Position numbers and translations under genes: made by a program
The notes under the pieces: model-generated
What the model saw: the letters and a program-made list of their open reading frames with translations, nothing else
Databases searched by the model: none
What the model was told of the DNA's origin: nothing
DNA from: Candidatus Limnocylindria bacterium
GTDB taxonomy: Bacteria; Chloroflexota; Limnocylindria; QHBO01
Assembly (NCBI GenBank): GCA_036274575.1
Contig: DASUFJ010000021.1
Span: 8,347 to 72,346, forward strand
DNA: 64,000 bases
Reading direction: 5' to 3'
Part shown: positions 44,901 through 53,488 of the stretch, one piece after another
How the letters are laid out: each line of letters begins with the position of its first letter
Numbering within the stretch: the stretch's first letter is position 1

Positions 44901-45651
44901 CCAGCGTCCCGGGATTCGTGAGGGTGATCGTGGCGCCCACGAAGTCGTCCGCGGCGAGCTTGTTCGTCCGCGCCTTCTCGACGAGCTCCTCGTAACGCTG
45001 ATGGAACGCGTCGAAGGTCACCTCGTCGGCGTCCCTGATGACCGGCACCACCAGGAACCGACCGCCCGGACGCTCCACGTCCACCGCGAGCCCCAGGTTG
45101 ATCGCGCCAGGATCCACCCGATACGGCGTCCCCTCGACGGTCGTGAAGAAGTGGCTCATCGAGCGCTGCTCGGCCGCGGCGCGCACGATTGCCCAGCCGA
45201 CGAGGTGGGTGAAGCTGACCTTGCGCGGCGCGATCTGCGCGTTGAGCTCGCGCCGCCGCGCCTCGAGCGTCGTTACCGGGATCTCGCGCACGCTCGTCGC
45301 CGTAGGCACGTCCAGGCTGGCCGCCATGTTCCGCGCCAGGGCCGCGGCAGGCCCCTTGATCGCGGTCGCGCCCTCCGGCACGGGTGGCTCGGCGGACGCC
45401 GGCGGCGCGGGCGGTGCGGCTGCTGCGGCAGCCTGCTGCTGGTCGCCGTTCGCCGTCGGCGGCGTCGCCGCTACCGGCTCCAAGCCCGTGGCGCCGGAGT
45501 CGAACAGCGTGCGCCACTCCGGATCGACGCTTGCGGGGTCGAGCCGGTAGCGCTCGTAGAGATCGGCGACGTAGCCCGCGTTGACGAGGTTGAGCTCGTC
45601 CAGCGGCTCGCTCGTCGCGGATGGAGCGGGCTGATCGGGGTCGGTCGGCAT
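41989..45651 (-). CDS. kgd: multifunctional 2-oxoglutarate dehydrogenase/decarboxylase E1 with N-terminal E2-like acyltransferase domain (Kgd/OdhA type)
   Basis: 1220 aa. The N-terminal succinyltransferase-like core contains STYDHRIIQGAESG. This is followed by an E1o ThDP region (GMAHRGRLNVL, HGDAAFAGQGVV, GYRRYGHNEGDEP, LLLPHGYEGSGPEHSS). Confidence 0.95.
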   Translation of the reverse strand: MPTDPDQPAPSATSEPLDELNLVNAGYVADLYERYRLDPASVDPEWRTLFDSGATGLEPVAATPPTANGDQQQAAAAAAPPAPPASAEPPVPEGATAIKGPAAALARNMAASLDVPTATSVREIPVTTLEARRRELNAQIAPRKVSFTHLVGWAIVRAAAEQRSMSHFFTTVEGTPYRVDPGAINLGLAVDVERPGGRFLVVPVIRDADEVTFDAFHQRYEELVEKARTNKLAADDFVGATITLTNPGTLGTTMSVPRLMPNQGTIVATGAIRDVGGERRMTITSTYDHRIIQGAESGAFLRRVEALLSGEDAFYADVFAALGARAADVTTGEPMPAPAEAIAAPPPATAGDADEPLKAVAAGMALVKAYRHFGHLAAHLDPLGSEPPGDPALDPGPLGLTEANMAGIPAELMRIYVPGATLGEALPRLRDTYSGTIAYEVEHIGSHEERVWLRRVIESGEHRRPMEAEDQLALFERLVSVEALERFLHRAYLGQKRFSIEGLDTMVPMLDVILGDAADQGARRVMIGMAHRGRLNVLAHVVGVSYEAILAEFEAGRAGTDAPTAPKGGSDDVKYHLGAEGSFLASDDAEVRVILSPNPSHLEAVNPVIEGRTRAEQTDRSRPIVTVDHDTTLPILIHGDAAFAAQGVVAETLNLARLDGYATGGTVHLIANNQVGFTTGTREGRSTDYSSDLAKGFDAPIVHVNADDPEACLAAARLAMMYRERFGHDVVIDLVGYRRYGHNEGDEPAYSQPAMYAAIDDHPSVRELYQARLVEAGVISEAQADKLVKDAQRDLAKRQATVRKRAEEPEPELDRGPEALPPEDVGEPEIPVPLETLRDLNAGMANVPDGFAVHPKLVKQLEQRVHALDRDQPSVNWAHAELLAFASLLREGIPVRLTGQDTVRGTFSQRHAGLWDAGTGEPHVPLQHLPGAKASFELHNSPLSEYACLGFEYGYAVAAPDALVLWEAQYGDFVNGAEIIIDQFLVSGLAKWRQTSRLTLLLPHGYEGSGPEHSSARLERFLALGAEGNIRVVYPTTPAQYFHLLRRQARHPDARPLVVMTPKSLLRLPQAASRPGELADGAFRSVLDDPRFSSDRAAGRVRRLLLCSGKVYYDLLASPDFEAAKDVAVVRVERLYPFPAEDLQPILDRYPKIESFAWVQEEPRNMGARKFVLPRIRHLVPYKIPLGDISRPERSRPAEGYPATHHVEQARIVREALTER

Positions 45652-45693
45652 CTCCCCGCAAGGATACGGCGCGCGCTCGACCGGCGGCAGTCG

Positions 45694-46290
45694 CTAGGGC
45701 TGCTGCGGCTCCTCGCGCTCCGCGCGCTCCGCGCGCTCCTCGCGCGACAACAGGCCGCGGCCGAGGATCACCACACCGATGGCGATGACGACCGCCGGCA
45801 GGACCCACCCCGGCAGCGGCAGCTTCTCGCCGCTGATGCCGATGACGCCCTCGAAGAAGAGGTAGCCGACGACGAAGAGGGCGAGGCCGGTGAGCAGGCT
45901 CCACGTCCCGTTCCGAACGTCCGACGGGCTCCCCTCGCGCAGTCCCCAGATGATCAGCCCCAGGCCGCTGGCCGCGGGACCCACGAGCGCCCATGCGTAG
46001 GCCCAGCTCTCCCAGTGACCGCTCTGGTCCTGGTACAGCAGCACGAGGCCGACCGTCGTGGTGATCGTGCCGGCCACGACGAGGCCCTGCTCACGGTTCA
46101 CGAACAACCCGACCGCCAGCAGGACGACACCGATGCCCACGACGATGAGCGGCCAGCCCAGCTCGCCGATGGAGAAGCCGGTCAGCTGCCCGACGAACAG
46201 CAGGATGCCGACGATGACGAGGATGGCGCCGAGGGTGACCGCGGGCGACGTGGATCCGTCCGGTCGCCGCTCGGAGGGAACGGGTTCCAT
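45694..46290 (-). CDS. hypothetical membrane protein
   Basis: 198 aa with 5-6 hydrophobic helices and a charged C-terminal tail REERAERAEREE. No family recognised. Confidence 0.65.
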   Translation of the reverse strand: MEPVPSERRPDGSTSPAVTLGAILVIVGILLFVGQLTGFSIGELGWPLIVVGIGVVLLAVGLFVNREQGLVVAGTITTTVGLVLLYQDQSGHWESWAYAWALVGPAASGLGLIIWGLREGSPSDVRNGTWSLLTGLALFVVGYLFFEGVIGISGEKLPLPGWVLPAVVIAIGVVILGRGLLSREERAERAEREEPQQP

Positions 46291-46314
46291 GCGCCGATGC
46301 TACAACGCCCTACC

Positions 46315-47085
46315 ATGGCCGCCGTCATGGACCTGAACGCCGACCTCGGAGAGAGCTACGGCGCCTGGCGCCTGGGCGATGACGAGGGGCTCGTCCAGCA
46401 CATCACCAGCGCCAACCTGGCGTGCGGCTTCCACGCCGGCGACTTCGCGGTGATGGAGAGGACTGTCGCCCTGTGCAAGGACGCGAACGTCGCGGTCGGC
46501 GCCCAGCCGGGCTATCCCGACCTCCTGGGCTTCGGTCGCCGGCCGATGCCCTTCGGCCCCGACGCCATCGAGTCGATCGTGCGCTACCAGATCGGCGCCC
46601 TCGAGGCCTTCTGCCGAGCGCATGGCGTCGAGATGCAGCACGTCAAGCCGCACGGCGCCCTCTACAACCAGGCCGCCACCGACGCCACTCTGGCCTCCGC
46701 AGTCGCCCGGGCCGTCGCGAAGTTCAGCGCGGATCTGGCGCTCTTCGGGCTGGCCTCCTCAGAGCCGATGGCTGCCGCGGCCGCCGACGCGGGCCTGCGC
46801 TTCGTGCCCGAGGCCTTCGCCGACCGGCGCTACCGGCCCGACGGCACCCTTCAGCCTCGCACCGAGCCGGGATCGGTCATCACCGATGCCCGGGCAGCCG
46901 CCACGCAGGCGGTGGCCATCGCCGAAGGACGGGGCGTGACCGCCGTCGACGGCTCCACCGTGGCGTTGCGTGCGGAGAGCATCTGCTGCCATGGCGACAC
47001 GCCGGGCGCCGTCGCGATCGCCGCCGCCGTGCAATCAGGGCTTGAGGCGTCCGGCGTCTCCGTCATCGCCATCGGCCGGCGGTGA
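46315..47085 (+). CDS. pxpA: 5-oxoprolinase subunit A (LamB/YcsF family)
   Basis: ATG at 46315 (alternative 46327) in the tail of artefact ORF 42835..47085. Motifs DLNADLGE, ANLACGFHAGD, KPHGALYN and ICCHGDTPGA. Confidence 0.9.
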   Translation: MAAVMDLNADLGESYGAWRLGDDEGLVQHITSANLACGFHAGDFAVMERTVALCKDANVAVGAQPGYPDLLGFGRRPMPFGPDAIESIVRYQIGALEAFCRAHGVEMQHVKPHGALYNQAATDATLASAVARAVAKFSADLALFGLASSEPMAAAAADAGLRFVPEAFADRRYRPDGTLQPRTEPGSVITDARAAATQAVAIAEGRGVTAVDGSTVALRAESICCHGDTPGAVAIAAAVQSGLEASGVSVIAIGRR

Positions 47086-47741
47086 TCACGCCGTTCGGCG
47101 AATGGGCTTTCCTCGTCGAGCTCGACGACTGGAGGGCCGCGCAGTCCCTGGCGGCGTCGATCGAAGCCGTGCCGCTGGAGGGCGTCGTGGAGGTCGTTCC
47201 CGGCCTCCGTTCGCTGCTCTTCGAGCTCGACCGCAGGGCCGATGCCGTGGCCGTTCGCGCGGCGGTCGAGGCTCGGGTCGCGCGGGGTTCGGCGATCCGG
47301 CCGTCCGGCCGCGAGCGGCGGATCCCGGTGGTCTACGGCGGCGAGCACGGCCCCGACCTGGCCGACGTCGCCAAGCTCTGCGGCCTCGGCACCGATGAGG
47401 TCGTTGCGCGGCACGCCGCGGCCGAGGTCCACGTCCTCTTCGACGGCTTCGCACCGGGCTTCGCCTACCTCGGCGACCTCCCGGAGCAGCTGCACGTGCC
47501 GCGACTGGCGACCCCACGCACGCGGACTCCGGCAGGCTCGGTCGCGGTCGCCGGATCGATGACCGGCATCTATCCGGCCGAGCTGCCGGGCGGTTGGCGG
47601 GTGATCGGCGCCACGCCGGTGACACTGTTCGATCCCGGGCGTCGCCCGCCGGCCTACCTCGTGCCGGGCGACCGGGTGCGCTTCGAGCCGCTCGACGTCG
47701 ACGCCTGGGAGTCGCGCGCATGCCCGGCGTCGGACTGGTGA
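47082..47741 (+). CDS. pxpB: 5-oxoprolinase subunit B (KipI / allophanate hydrolase subunit 1 family)
   Basis: The GTG start overlaps the pxpA stop (GTGA). Motifs GFAPGFAYLG and GSVAVAGSMTGIYPAELPGGWRVIG. Confidence 0.88.
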   Translation: MITPFGEWAFLVELDDWRAAQSLAASIEAVPLEGVVEVVPGLRSLLFELDRRADAVAVRAAVEARVARGSAIRPSGRERRIPVVYGGEHGPDLADVAKLCGLGTDEVVARHAAAEVHVLFDGFAPGFAYLGDLPEQLHVPRLATPRTRTPAGSVAVAGSMTGIYPAELPGGWRVIGATPVTLFDPGRRPPAYLVPGDRVRFEPLDVDAWESRACPASDW

Positions 47742-48667
47742 TCACCGTCGTCGATCCCGGCCCGCTGGCATCGGTCCAGGATCCCGCAGGGCGCCCCGGA
47801 TGGCGGCGTTACGGAGTCCCCGTCGGCGGAGCGGCGGACGGGTGGAGCGCGCGCCTGGCGAACCTCCTCGTCGGGAATCCTGAGAATGCCGCACTGGTCG
47901 AGGTCACCCTCGGCGGCGCAACCTTCGCGACCGATGCGGCCGCGCTGATGGCAGTGTGCGGTGGGGTCACGGCCGCCGTCGATGGCACACCCCTGCCGCT
48001 CGCCGGGGCGCGCGCCGTGCGTGCCGGGGCGACGATCTCGCTCGGGTTCGGGGACGGCGCCCGCGGCTACCTCGCCGTCAGCGGCGGGCTCGAAGTGCCG
48101 CTCGTGCTCGACGGACGCGGCACCGACCTGCGCTCGGCCTTCGGCGGCCATGAGGGACGCGCCCTTCGTGCGGGCGACCGGCTGGCCCTTGGAGCGGCCG
48201 CGGAAGGTCGGCCAGCGAAGTGGACGGGACACCGCGACGGAGGACCGATCCGCGTCATGCCCGGCCCGCATTCGGATGCGCTGCCGCCGCTGCTCGACCG
48301 CGAGTGGACGGTGGGTCCGGAAGCCGACCGCACCGGCGTCCGGCTCGACGGACCGGAGCTCGCCGGCAGCGAGTCGGCATCCATGGGGCTGCCCCTGGGC
48401 GCGATCCAGGTGCCGCCTGACGGGCGGCCGATCGTGATGCTCGTCGATCGGCCGGTGACCGGTGGTTACCTCGTTCCGGCCTGCGTCATCGGCGCCGATA
48501 TCGGTCGCGTCGCGCAGCTCCGCACGGGCGACGCATTGCGCTTCGCGCGGGTGTCGATGGAGGAGGCCCGTGCCGCGTGGCGCACGTCGGAGGAGGCACT
48601 GCAGTCGCTGGAGCCGGTCGCGACCGACAACGAGGAGTGGCTGGGCTGGTCCGGCGCCCACGAGTGA
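47720..48667 (+). CDS. pxpC: 5-oxoprolinase subunit C (KipA / allophanate hydrolase subunit 2 family)
   Basis: ATG at 47720 (MPGVGLVITVVDPGPLASVQD) in ORF 47594..48667. Motifs GVPVGGAADG, TDRTGVRLDG and DRPVTGGY. Confidence 0.88.
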   Translation: MPGVGLVITVVDPGPLASVQDPAGRPGWRRYGVPVGGAADGWSARLANLLVGNPENAALVEVTLGGATFATDAAALMAVCGGVTAAVDGTPLPLAGARAVRAGATISLGFGDGARGYLAVSGGLEVPLVLDGRGTDLRSAFGGHEGRALRAGDRLALGAAAEGRPAKWTGHRDGGPIRVMPGPHSDALPPLLDREWTVGPEADRTGVRLDGPELAGSESASMGLPLGAIQVPPDGRPIVMLVDRPVTGGYLVPACVIGADIGRVAQLRTGDALRFARVSMEEARAAWRTSEEALQSLEPVATDNEEWLGWSGAHE

Positions 48668-48668
48668 T

Positions 48669-49079
48669 CTAACCCGAGGCGCTCCACCCGCTCCAGCGGT
48701 CGACCCGCACGACGATGGCCGGGCCGTCGATCGGCGAGTCCCGGTACTGCGCGTAGCGCGCCCGCAGCAGCCCGACGGCATGCTCCCACGAAGCGCCATC
48801 CCCAACGACGGCGGCATGGCCATCGGCTCGCGCCCACCACAGCCGCGTCCAGTCCTCGTCGTACTCGTCGACCAGGACGGCGACCCGCGGGTCGGCTTCG
48901 ACGTTCCGGATCCGTCGCAGCGGACCGCCGCGTTTCGGCTTGGCGTCGATGGCGGTCACGATCATGTCGCCCTCCACCGCGAACGTGATCGGCACGATGT
49001 GCGGTCCGTTCGGCCCAGACGTTGCGAGACGCGCCACCCGCGCCGCGACGAATCGGGATCGGGCCTCGTGCGGCGTCAT
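48669..49079 (-). CDS. PPOX-class (probable F420-dependent) split-barrel flavoprotein
   Basis: ATG at 49079. Motifs RVARLATSGPNGPHIVPITFAVEGD and RIRNVEADPRVAVLVDEYDEDWTRLWW. The start overlaps the stop of the upstream dehydratase gene (ATGA). Confidence 0.8.
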   Translation of the reverse strand: MTPHEARSRFVAARVARLATSGPNGPHIVPITFAVEGDMIVTAIDAKPKRGGPLRRIRNVEADPRVAVLVDEYDEDWTRLWWARADGHAAVVGDGASWEHAVGLLRARYAQYRDSPIDGPAIVVRVDRWSGWSASG

Positions 49080-50050
49080 GCCAGGACGCTCCGGAGCGCC
49101 TCCGGCGTGACGTTGCGGCCGGTAAGGACCACGGCGACGTGCCGCCCGGACACGTCGACGAGCTCGGGCCGGAGTGCGGCGATGCCAAGCGCCGCGCTCC
49201 CCTCGAGCAGGATGTGCGGCACCTCCAGCGCCCAGCGCATGGCGTCGGCGATCGCCTCCTCCTCGACGATGACCACCTCGTCGACCACCTGGCGGCACAG
49301 CTTCCAGGTGATGCTGTCGCGCTCGATGTTGCCGGCGACCCCGTCGCCCAGGGTCGGCGCGATCGGCATCGGCTCCGTGCTGCCGGTCTGGAAGAACGCG
49401 TACATCGGTGGTGAGGCGGCAGGCTGCACGCCGATGAGCCGCAGGCTCGGCTTGACCGCCTTCGCCCACAGGCCGATGCCGGCGATGAGCCCGCCGCCGC
49501 CGATCGGGACGACGATCGTGTCGACCTCGGGCCACTCCTCGACGATCTCGACGCCCACCGTCGCCTGGCCGGCGATGACCTCGGGGTCGTTGTAGGGCGG
49601 GATGTAGATCGCCTGCCCCGCGTCGTCGCGGCGCCGAGCCTCGGCCTCGGCGGCGTCGCTGTCGTCCCCGGCCAGCTCCACGGTGACGCGGCTCGTCTCG
49701 AGCGACCGCAGCCGCTCCAGCTTGGCCGGCGAGATGTTCCGTCCCACGAGGACCGTGAGTCGCATCCCGTGGCGCACCGCCGCGGTCGCCACGGCGATGC
49801 CGTGGTTGCCGCTGCTGGCGGTGACGAGCCCCGCCTCGGGACGGCCCTCGGCGACGACGGCGACCTTGTTGTGCGCGCCGCGAGTCTTGAAGGCGCCCGT
49901 CGGCTGGAGCTCCTCGCGCTTGAGACGCACCTCCTCGGCGCCGCTGGCCTCGGCCAGCTCCGTCGTCCGCTCCAGCGGTGTGCGGAGGGCGATCCCGTCG
50001 AGACGGCGGCGGGCGGCGACGACGTCGCCGAGGGTCGGCATGCGGGGCAT
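49076..50050 (-). CDS. PLP-dependent threonine ammonia-lyase (short form, no C-terminal regulatory domain)
   Basis: PLP-Lys motif LQPTGAFKTRGA, plus SSGNHG and PIGGGGLIAGI. The start is taken at MPRMPTLGD (50050); alternatives are 50041 and 50110. Confidence 0.88.
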   Translation of the reverse strand: MPRMPTLGDVVAARRRLDGIALRTPLERTTELAEASGAEEVRLKREELQPTGAFKTRGAHNKVAVVAEGRPEAGLVTASSGNHGIAVATAAVRHGMRLTVLVGRNISPAKLERLRSLETSRVTVELAGDDSDAAEAEARRRDDAGQAIYIPPYNDPEVIAGQATVGVEIVEEWPEVDTIVVPIGGGGLIAGIGLWAKAVKPSLRLIGVQPAASPPMYAFFQTGSTEPMPIAPTLGDGVAGNIERDSITWKLCRQVVDEVVIVEEEAIADAMRWALEVPHILLEGSAALGIAALRPELVDVSGRHVAVVLTGRNVTPEALRSVLA

Positions 50051-50112
50051 GCGCCGAGTGTAGGGCGCGCGGCGTTCCGAGACCGGCGTCGGATCTGGCA
50101 ATGCGCCCACCT

Positions 50113-50158
50113 GGCGAGCATTTTGCGAGACCGCGGCCTGGATTTCGCAATTCGCTCC
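50113..50158 (+). repeat. dispersed copy of the ~48-nt repeat unit seen at 34081-34349
   Basis: GGCGAGCATTTTGCGAGACCGCGGCCTGGATTTCGCAATTCGCTCC aligns with unit 1 (GGCGAGCATGTTTCGAGAAGCGACGCCTGGAGTTGTAAAACGCTCGCC). A GCCCGCGAGG flank is present in both: directly after unit 3, but about 20 nt after this copy (near 50179). Confidence 0.55.
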
Positions 50159-50283
50159 TGTGAGCGCGCAGTAGCCGGCCCGCGAGGGAGCTGCCCGGGT
50201 TCCCCTGAGCGTGAATCAGGGCCCCCGACGGCGCATCTCAACCGTAATGCGCGCCCTGCGGCGCGTCTTGCAAGCCGGTGGAG

Positions 50284-50694
50284 CTAGGCGGCGGGCATTG
50301 GCTCCGGCGTCGGGCCGGAGGCGGGAGCCTCGCGGATCTCGCGCAGACGCATCCCGGCGCGCATCATCGAGCCCAGCCTGTCCTCCACGCGCGCCCGCTC
50401 CACCGGAGTCGCCCAGTGGCGCAGCGTGTAGTCGATCTCGTGCTTGTGACGCGTCGCCGTCGCCAGCAGGTCATCGGCGCGTCGCCGGAGGTTCTCGTCG
50501 GGGAACCCGGCCATGATCTGCCGATGCGACTCGAGGATGTCGACGAAGTAGGACGTCGCCAAGCGGTCGAGGTCGCGCTGGGCACCGTGCTCCCACGGCT
50601 CGGGTGGCCCTCCGAACCCGTACTTGCGCCACTCGTGCGGTCGCACCTGCTGCATCGGTCCCTCGCCTGTCTGATGGACGTGCCCCAACAGCAC
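50284..50694 (-). CDS. hypothetical protein
   Basis: Protein-like composition (H, K, Y, F, W, D, E) compared with the Arg-rich opposite strand. The GTG at 50694 has no SD. The internal ATG at 50655 (MQQVRPHEW) follows GAGGGA and may be the real start. Confidence 0.55.
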   Translation of the reverse strand: MLLGHVHQTGEGPMQQVRPHEWRKYGFGGPPEPWEHGAQRDLDRLATSYFVDILESHRQIMAGFPDENLRRRADDLLATATRHKHEIDYTLRHWATPVERARVEDRLGSMMRAGMRLREIREAPASGPTPEPMPAA

Positions 50695-50904
50695 GGAAGG
50701 TATGCGCTGTCCGCTCGCCCGGCGAGTGACCGTTCCGGCTATCCGGCATCACCCGATCGGATGTCGCCCCACCCCACCTGACCCATACGGACCCTCGCGA
50801 TCTCACGCACCTGTTGCCGCCTGCGTTTCATTGGGCATGAGGCACATTGGTCCGGTCCGGCACGCGCGCGCCGGCTCTTTGACTTCGGGTGACGACGCGT
50901 CACC

Positions 50905-51891
50905 ATGGTCGCCATGACCCCCTCGGCGTCCCGCATTGACTGGCTGCTCTTCGTCCTGCTCGGTTTCTTCTGGGGCAGCAGCTACCTGTTCATCAAGATC
51001 GGCGTCGACGCCGGCCTCGAGCCATTCACGCTCGTCTCCCTCCGCCTGCTCTTCGGCTTCACGCTGCTGGCCATCGTGGTGGTGGTCGCACGCGAGCCGC
51101 TGCCCCGCGAGCCACGGATCCTGGGCCACCTGGCGGTGATGGGCTTCTTCAGCGTCGCCCTGCCCTTCGGCCTCATCACGTGGGCCGAGCAGAGCGTCGA
51201 TTCCAGCCTCGCCGCTGTCCTGACGGCCGCGGTTCCGCTGTTCGTCATTCCGTTTGCCGCGCTGTTGCTGCCGGCGGAGCGCATCACGATCAACGGCATC
51301 CTGGGCGTCGCCATCGGCCTGGTGGGCGTCGCGATCATCGTCGGGTTCGACCCGCAGTCGCTGACCGGCACCAGCCTCGCGGCCGAGCTGGCCCTCATCG
51401 GTGCGGCGGCGTCATACGCCATCGGCGGCGTCTACGCCCGGCGCAACGCGCACGGCCTGAGGCCGATGATCCCGGCCGTGTTCCAGGTCGGCTACGCCCT
51501 GGTCATGATGGCTATCCCGGCGCTCATCCTCGAGCGGCCCTGGGAGCGAGGCATAGCGCCCGACGCGCTGTTCGCCGTCATCTGGCTGGGCCTGCTCGGA
51601 TCGGGCGCGGCGTACCTCATCTTCTTCCGGCTCCTCGGCCGCTGGGGCGCGACGCGAACCTCGCTCGTCGCCTACCTCCTGCCGATCTGGGGCATCGTCC
51701 TCGGGGCACTGGTCCTCAGCGAGGCGATCGACACGCGCCTCCTGCTCGGGACGGCGCTCGTCATCGGCGGCATCGCGCTGGTGAACATGCGGGGCCGGCT
51801 CCCGTTCCGGCGGCAGCCAGAGCCCGCAGAGCCGGCCCTGCCGGATCGACCGGTCAAGGCCGCTGAGGCACGCCGTGGCGACCTGGGCTGA
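50905..51891 (+). CDS. EamA/DMT-family transporter
   Basis: 328 aa with 10 TM helices and two EamA halves (FFWGSSYLFIK..., AASYAIGGVY...). Confidence 0.85.
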   Translation: MVAMTPSASRIDWLLFVLLGFFWGSSYLFIKIGVDAGLEPFTLVSLRLLFGFTLLAIVVVVAREPLPREPRILGHLAVMGFFSVALPFGLITWAEQSVDSSLAAVLTAAVPLFVIPFAALLLPAERITINGILGVAIGLVGVAIIVGFDPQSLTGTSLAAELALIGAAASYAIGGVYARRNAHGLRPMIPAVFQVGYALVMMAIPALILERPWERGIAPDALFAVIWLGLLGSGAAYLIFFRLLGRWGATRTSLVAYLLPIWGIVLGALVLSEAIDTRLLLGTALVIGGIALVNMRGRLPFRRQPEPAEPALPDRPVKAAEARRGDLG

Positions 51892-52324
51892 GTTCGAGTC
51901 CGCTGAGCCCGAGCTTGCCGCGAGAGCTCGCCGGCTGCTGTCGCCGGGCGATGACGGCCGTGCGATGCTCGCCACCGTTCGGGCCGCTGGGGCGCCCCGC
52001 ATCCATCCCATCAGCGTCGCGATCGTCGACGGCGAGCTGCTGGCCTTCATCCTGCCGTCGGCGAAGCTGACCGACCTCGAGACCGATGGCCGCTACGCCC
52101 TCCACGCTCAGTACGATCCGCGCCATCCGAACGAGCTCATGCTTCGCGGCCGCGTCCGCGAGGTGACCGATGCCAATCTGCGCGCGATGGCGATCGGCTC
52201 TTGGGCGTTCGAACCGGACGACACCTATCGGCTCTTCGCCTTCGACATCGAGTCGGTCCTGGCGGGCAAGCGCGACTCCCCGAGTGACTGGCCGCCGATG
52301 TACCAGCGCTGGAACGCCGTCTGA
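51875..52324 (+). CDS. pyridoxamine 5'-phosphate oxidase family protein
   Basis: GTG at 51875 with GAGG 6 nt upstream. The segment ...MLATVRAAGAPRIHPISVAIVDGELLAFI... is split-barrel-like. Assigned by eye. Confidence 0.7.
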   Translation: MATWAEFESAEPELAARARRLLSPGDDGRAMLATVRAAGAPRIHPISVAIVDGELLAFILPSAKLTDLETDGRYALHAQYDPRHPNELMLRGRVREVTDANLRAMAIGSWAFEPDDTYRLFAFDIESVLAGKRDSPSDWPPMYQRWNAV

Positions 52325-52355
52325 TCTCGCCGCGGTGGTCGGCTGCGGTGCCGCC

Positions 52356-52724
52356 TCAGCGATGCGAGTGGGCGGGCCGTGCCCTCAACGCATCGGCGAG
52401 CACCTGCGCCTCGTTGTGGTCGCGGTCGCGAGCCCCATACAGGAGCGTGACGCGATCGTGGTGTCGCTCGACATCCTGGACAAGGTCCAGCAACTGCGCA
52501 TGGCCCTTCAGCTCGGCGGTGTAGCGCACCTGGAACTCGGGCCAGCGCTCCACGGCGTGGCCGAACCACTTCCGCAGCTCGGTAGTCGGCCCAAGATCTC
52601 GCAACCACAGATCGACGTCTGCCGCCGCGCGGGTCAGGCCGCGGGGCCACAGCCGATCCACGAGAACGCGGTAACCGTCCTCTGGAGCGGGTGGGTCGTA
52701 GACGCGCTTCACGTTGATGCTCAT
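52356..52724 (-). CDS. DUF488-family protein
   Basis: ATG at 52724. Motifs KRVYDPPAPEDGYRVLVDRLWPRGL, LRKWFGH and LLYGARD match the DUF488 pattern. Confidence 0.8.
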   Translation of the reverse strand: MSINVKRVYDPPAPEDGYRVLVDRLWPRGLTRAAADVDLWLRDLGPTTELRKWFGHAVERWPEFQVRYTAELKGHAQLLDLVQDVERHHDRVTLLYGARDRDHNEAQVLADALRARPAHSHR

Positions 52725-52728
52725 GGCT

Positions 52729-53481
52729 TCAGTACCCGGTGAACTCCTCGGTCCGGATGTCGTCCTCGTCGGTCCCGGAGTCGACGAGCATCCGGCGTAG
52801 TCCCTGTACCATCCCGGGCGGGCCGGTGAGGTAGTAGATCGCACCGCCCACGCCGCCGAGGTGGCGCTCCAGCATCTCGCTGTCGATGTGACCGCGCTCG
52901 CCTTCCCAGGACTCGTTGGCGGCGATGGCCGACATGCTGGGAATGAACCTGAGGTTGGGATCGCTCTCGGCCAGCTCGCGGATCTCCTCGAGGAATGCCG
53001 CGTCCTCCGGCCGGCGGTTGGCATAGAAGACGAACACCGGATAGCGGAGTCCGCCGCCACCTCCGCGCGCCGCCTCGACGAGGATGCTGCGGAAGGGCGT
53101 GATGCCGATGCCTCCGGTGAGGACGACGGCGGGCCGCTCAGCGGAGTGGAGGCGCAGGTCGCCGAACGGGCCCTCGATCCTGACCCGCGTCCCGAGCGGC
53201 ATGGCCTGGAGGACGCGCTTGAATGCGGTATCCCGCAGGCGGGTCGTGATCATGATCTCGTCCTCGCTCGGCGCGCTCGAGATCGAGAAGCCTCGCGTGT
53301 TGCCCTCGGCATCGGTCTCGGGAGGGTCGAGCAACGTGATGTCGATGAACTGACCGGCCCGGAATGACCACCCCGCCGGCTTGGTGAAGCGAAACGTCAT
53401 CGTGCGCTCCGCGACGAGCTCGCGGCCCAGGAGCGCCGCCTCGAAGATCGGCCATGCCGTCGTCGTCGCTGTCGCCGTCAT
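52729..53481 (-). CDS. ferredoxin-NADP reductase-type FAD/NAD(P)-binding oxidoreductase (no FeS domain)
   Basis: ATG at 53481. FAD motif RGFSISS and NAD(P) motif LTGGIGITP. C-terminal TEEFTGY. Confidence 0.85.
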   Translation of the reverse strand: MTATATTTAWPIFEAALLGRELVAERTMTFRFTKPAGWSFRAGQFIDITLLDPPETDAEGNTRGFSISSAPSEDEIMITTRLRDTAFKRVLQAMPLGTRVRIEGPFGDLRLHSAERPAVVLTGGIGITPFRSILVEAARGGGGGLRYPVFVFYANRRPEDAAFLEEIRELAESDPNLRFIPSMSAIAANESWEGERGHIDSEMLERHLGGVGGAIYYLTGPPGMVQGLRRMLVDSGTDEDDIRTEEFTGY

Positions 53482-53488
53482 GGCTGGG

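Noticed and set aside
41989-45651. The odd N-terminal acyltransferase-like domain on the 2-oxoglutarate dehydrogenase E1.
   Set aside because: This is the established Kgd/OdhA architecture of actinobacteria (E2-like catalytic core fused to E1o), not a novelty. It is useful mainly as a taxonomic hint.
45694-45760. Short tandem CGCGCTC-type DNA repeats at the 3' end of the membrane-protein gene.
   Set aside because: They simply encode the low-complexity REERAERAEREE tail. There are too few copies to call a meaningful repeat locus.
42835-47085. A 1416-aa plus-strand ORF, the second longest in the track.
   Set aside because: It runs antisense to the well-supported kgd gene. It is Arg/Gly/Ala-rich with no recognisable motifs until its last ~257 codons, which are the genuine pxpA gene in the same frame. 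This is a typical high-GC antisense open frame.
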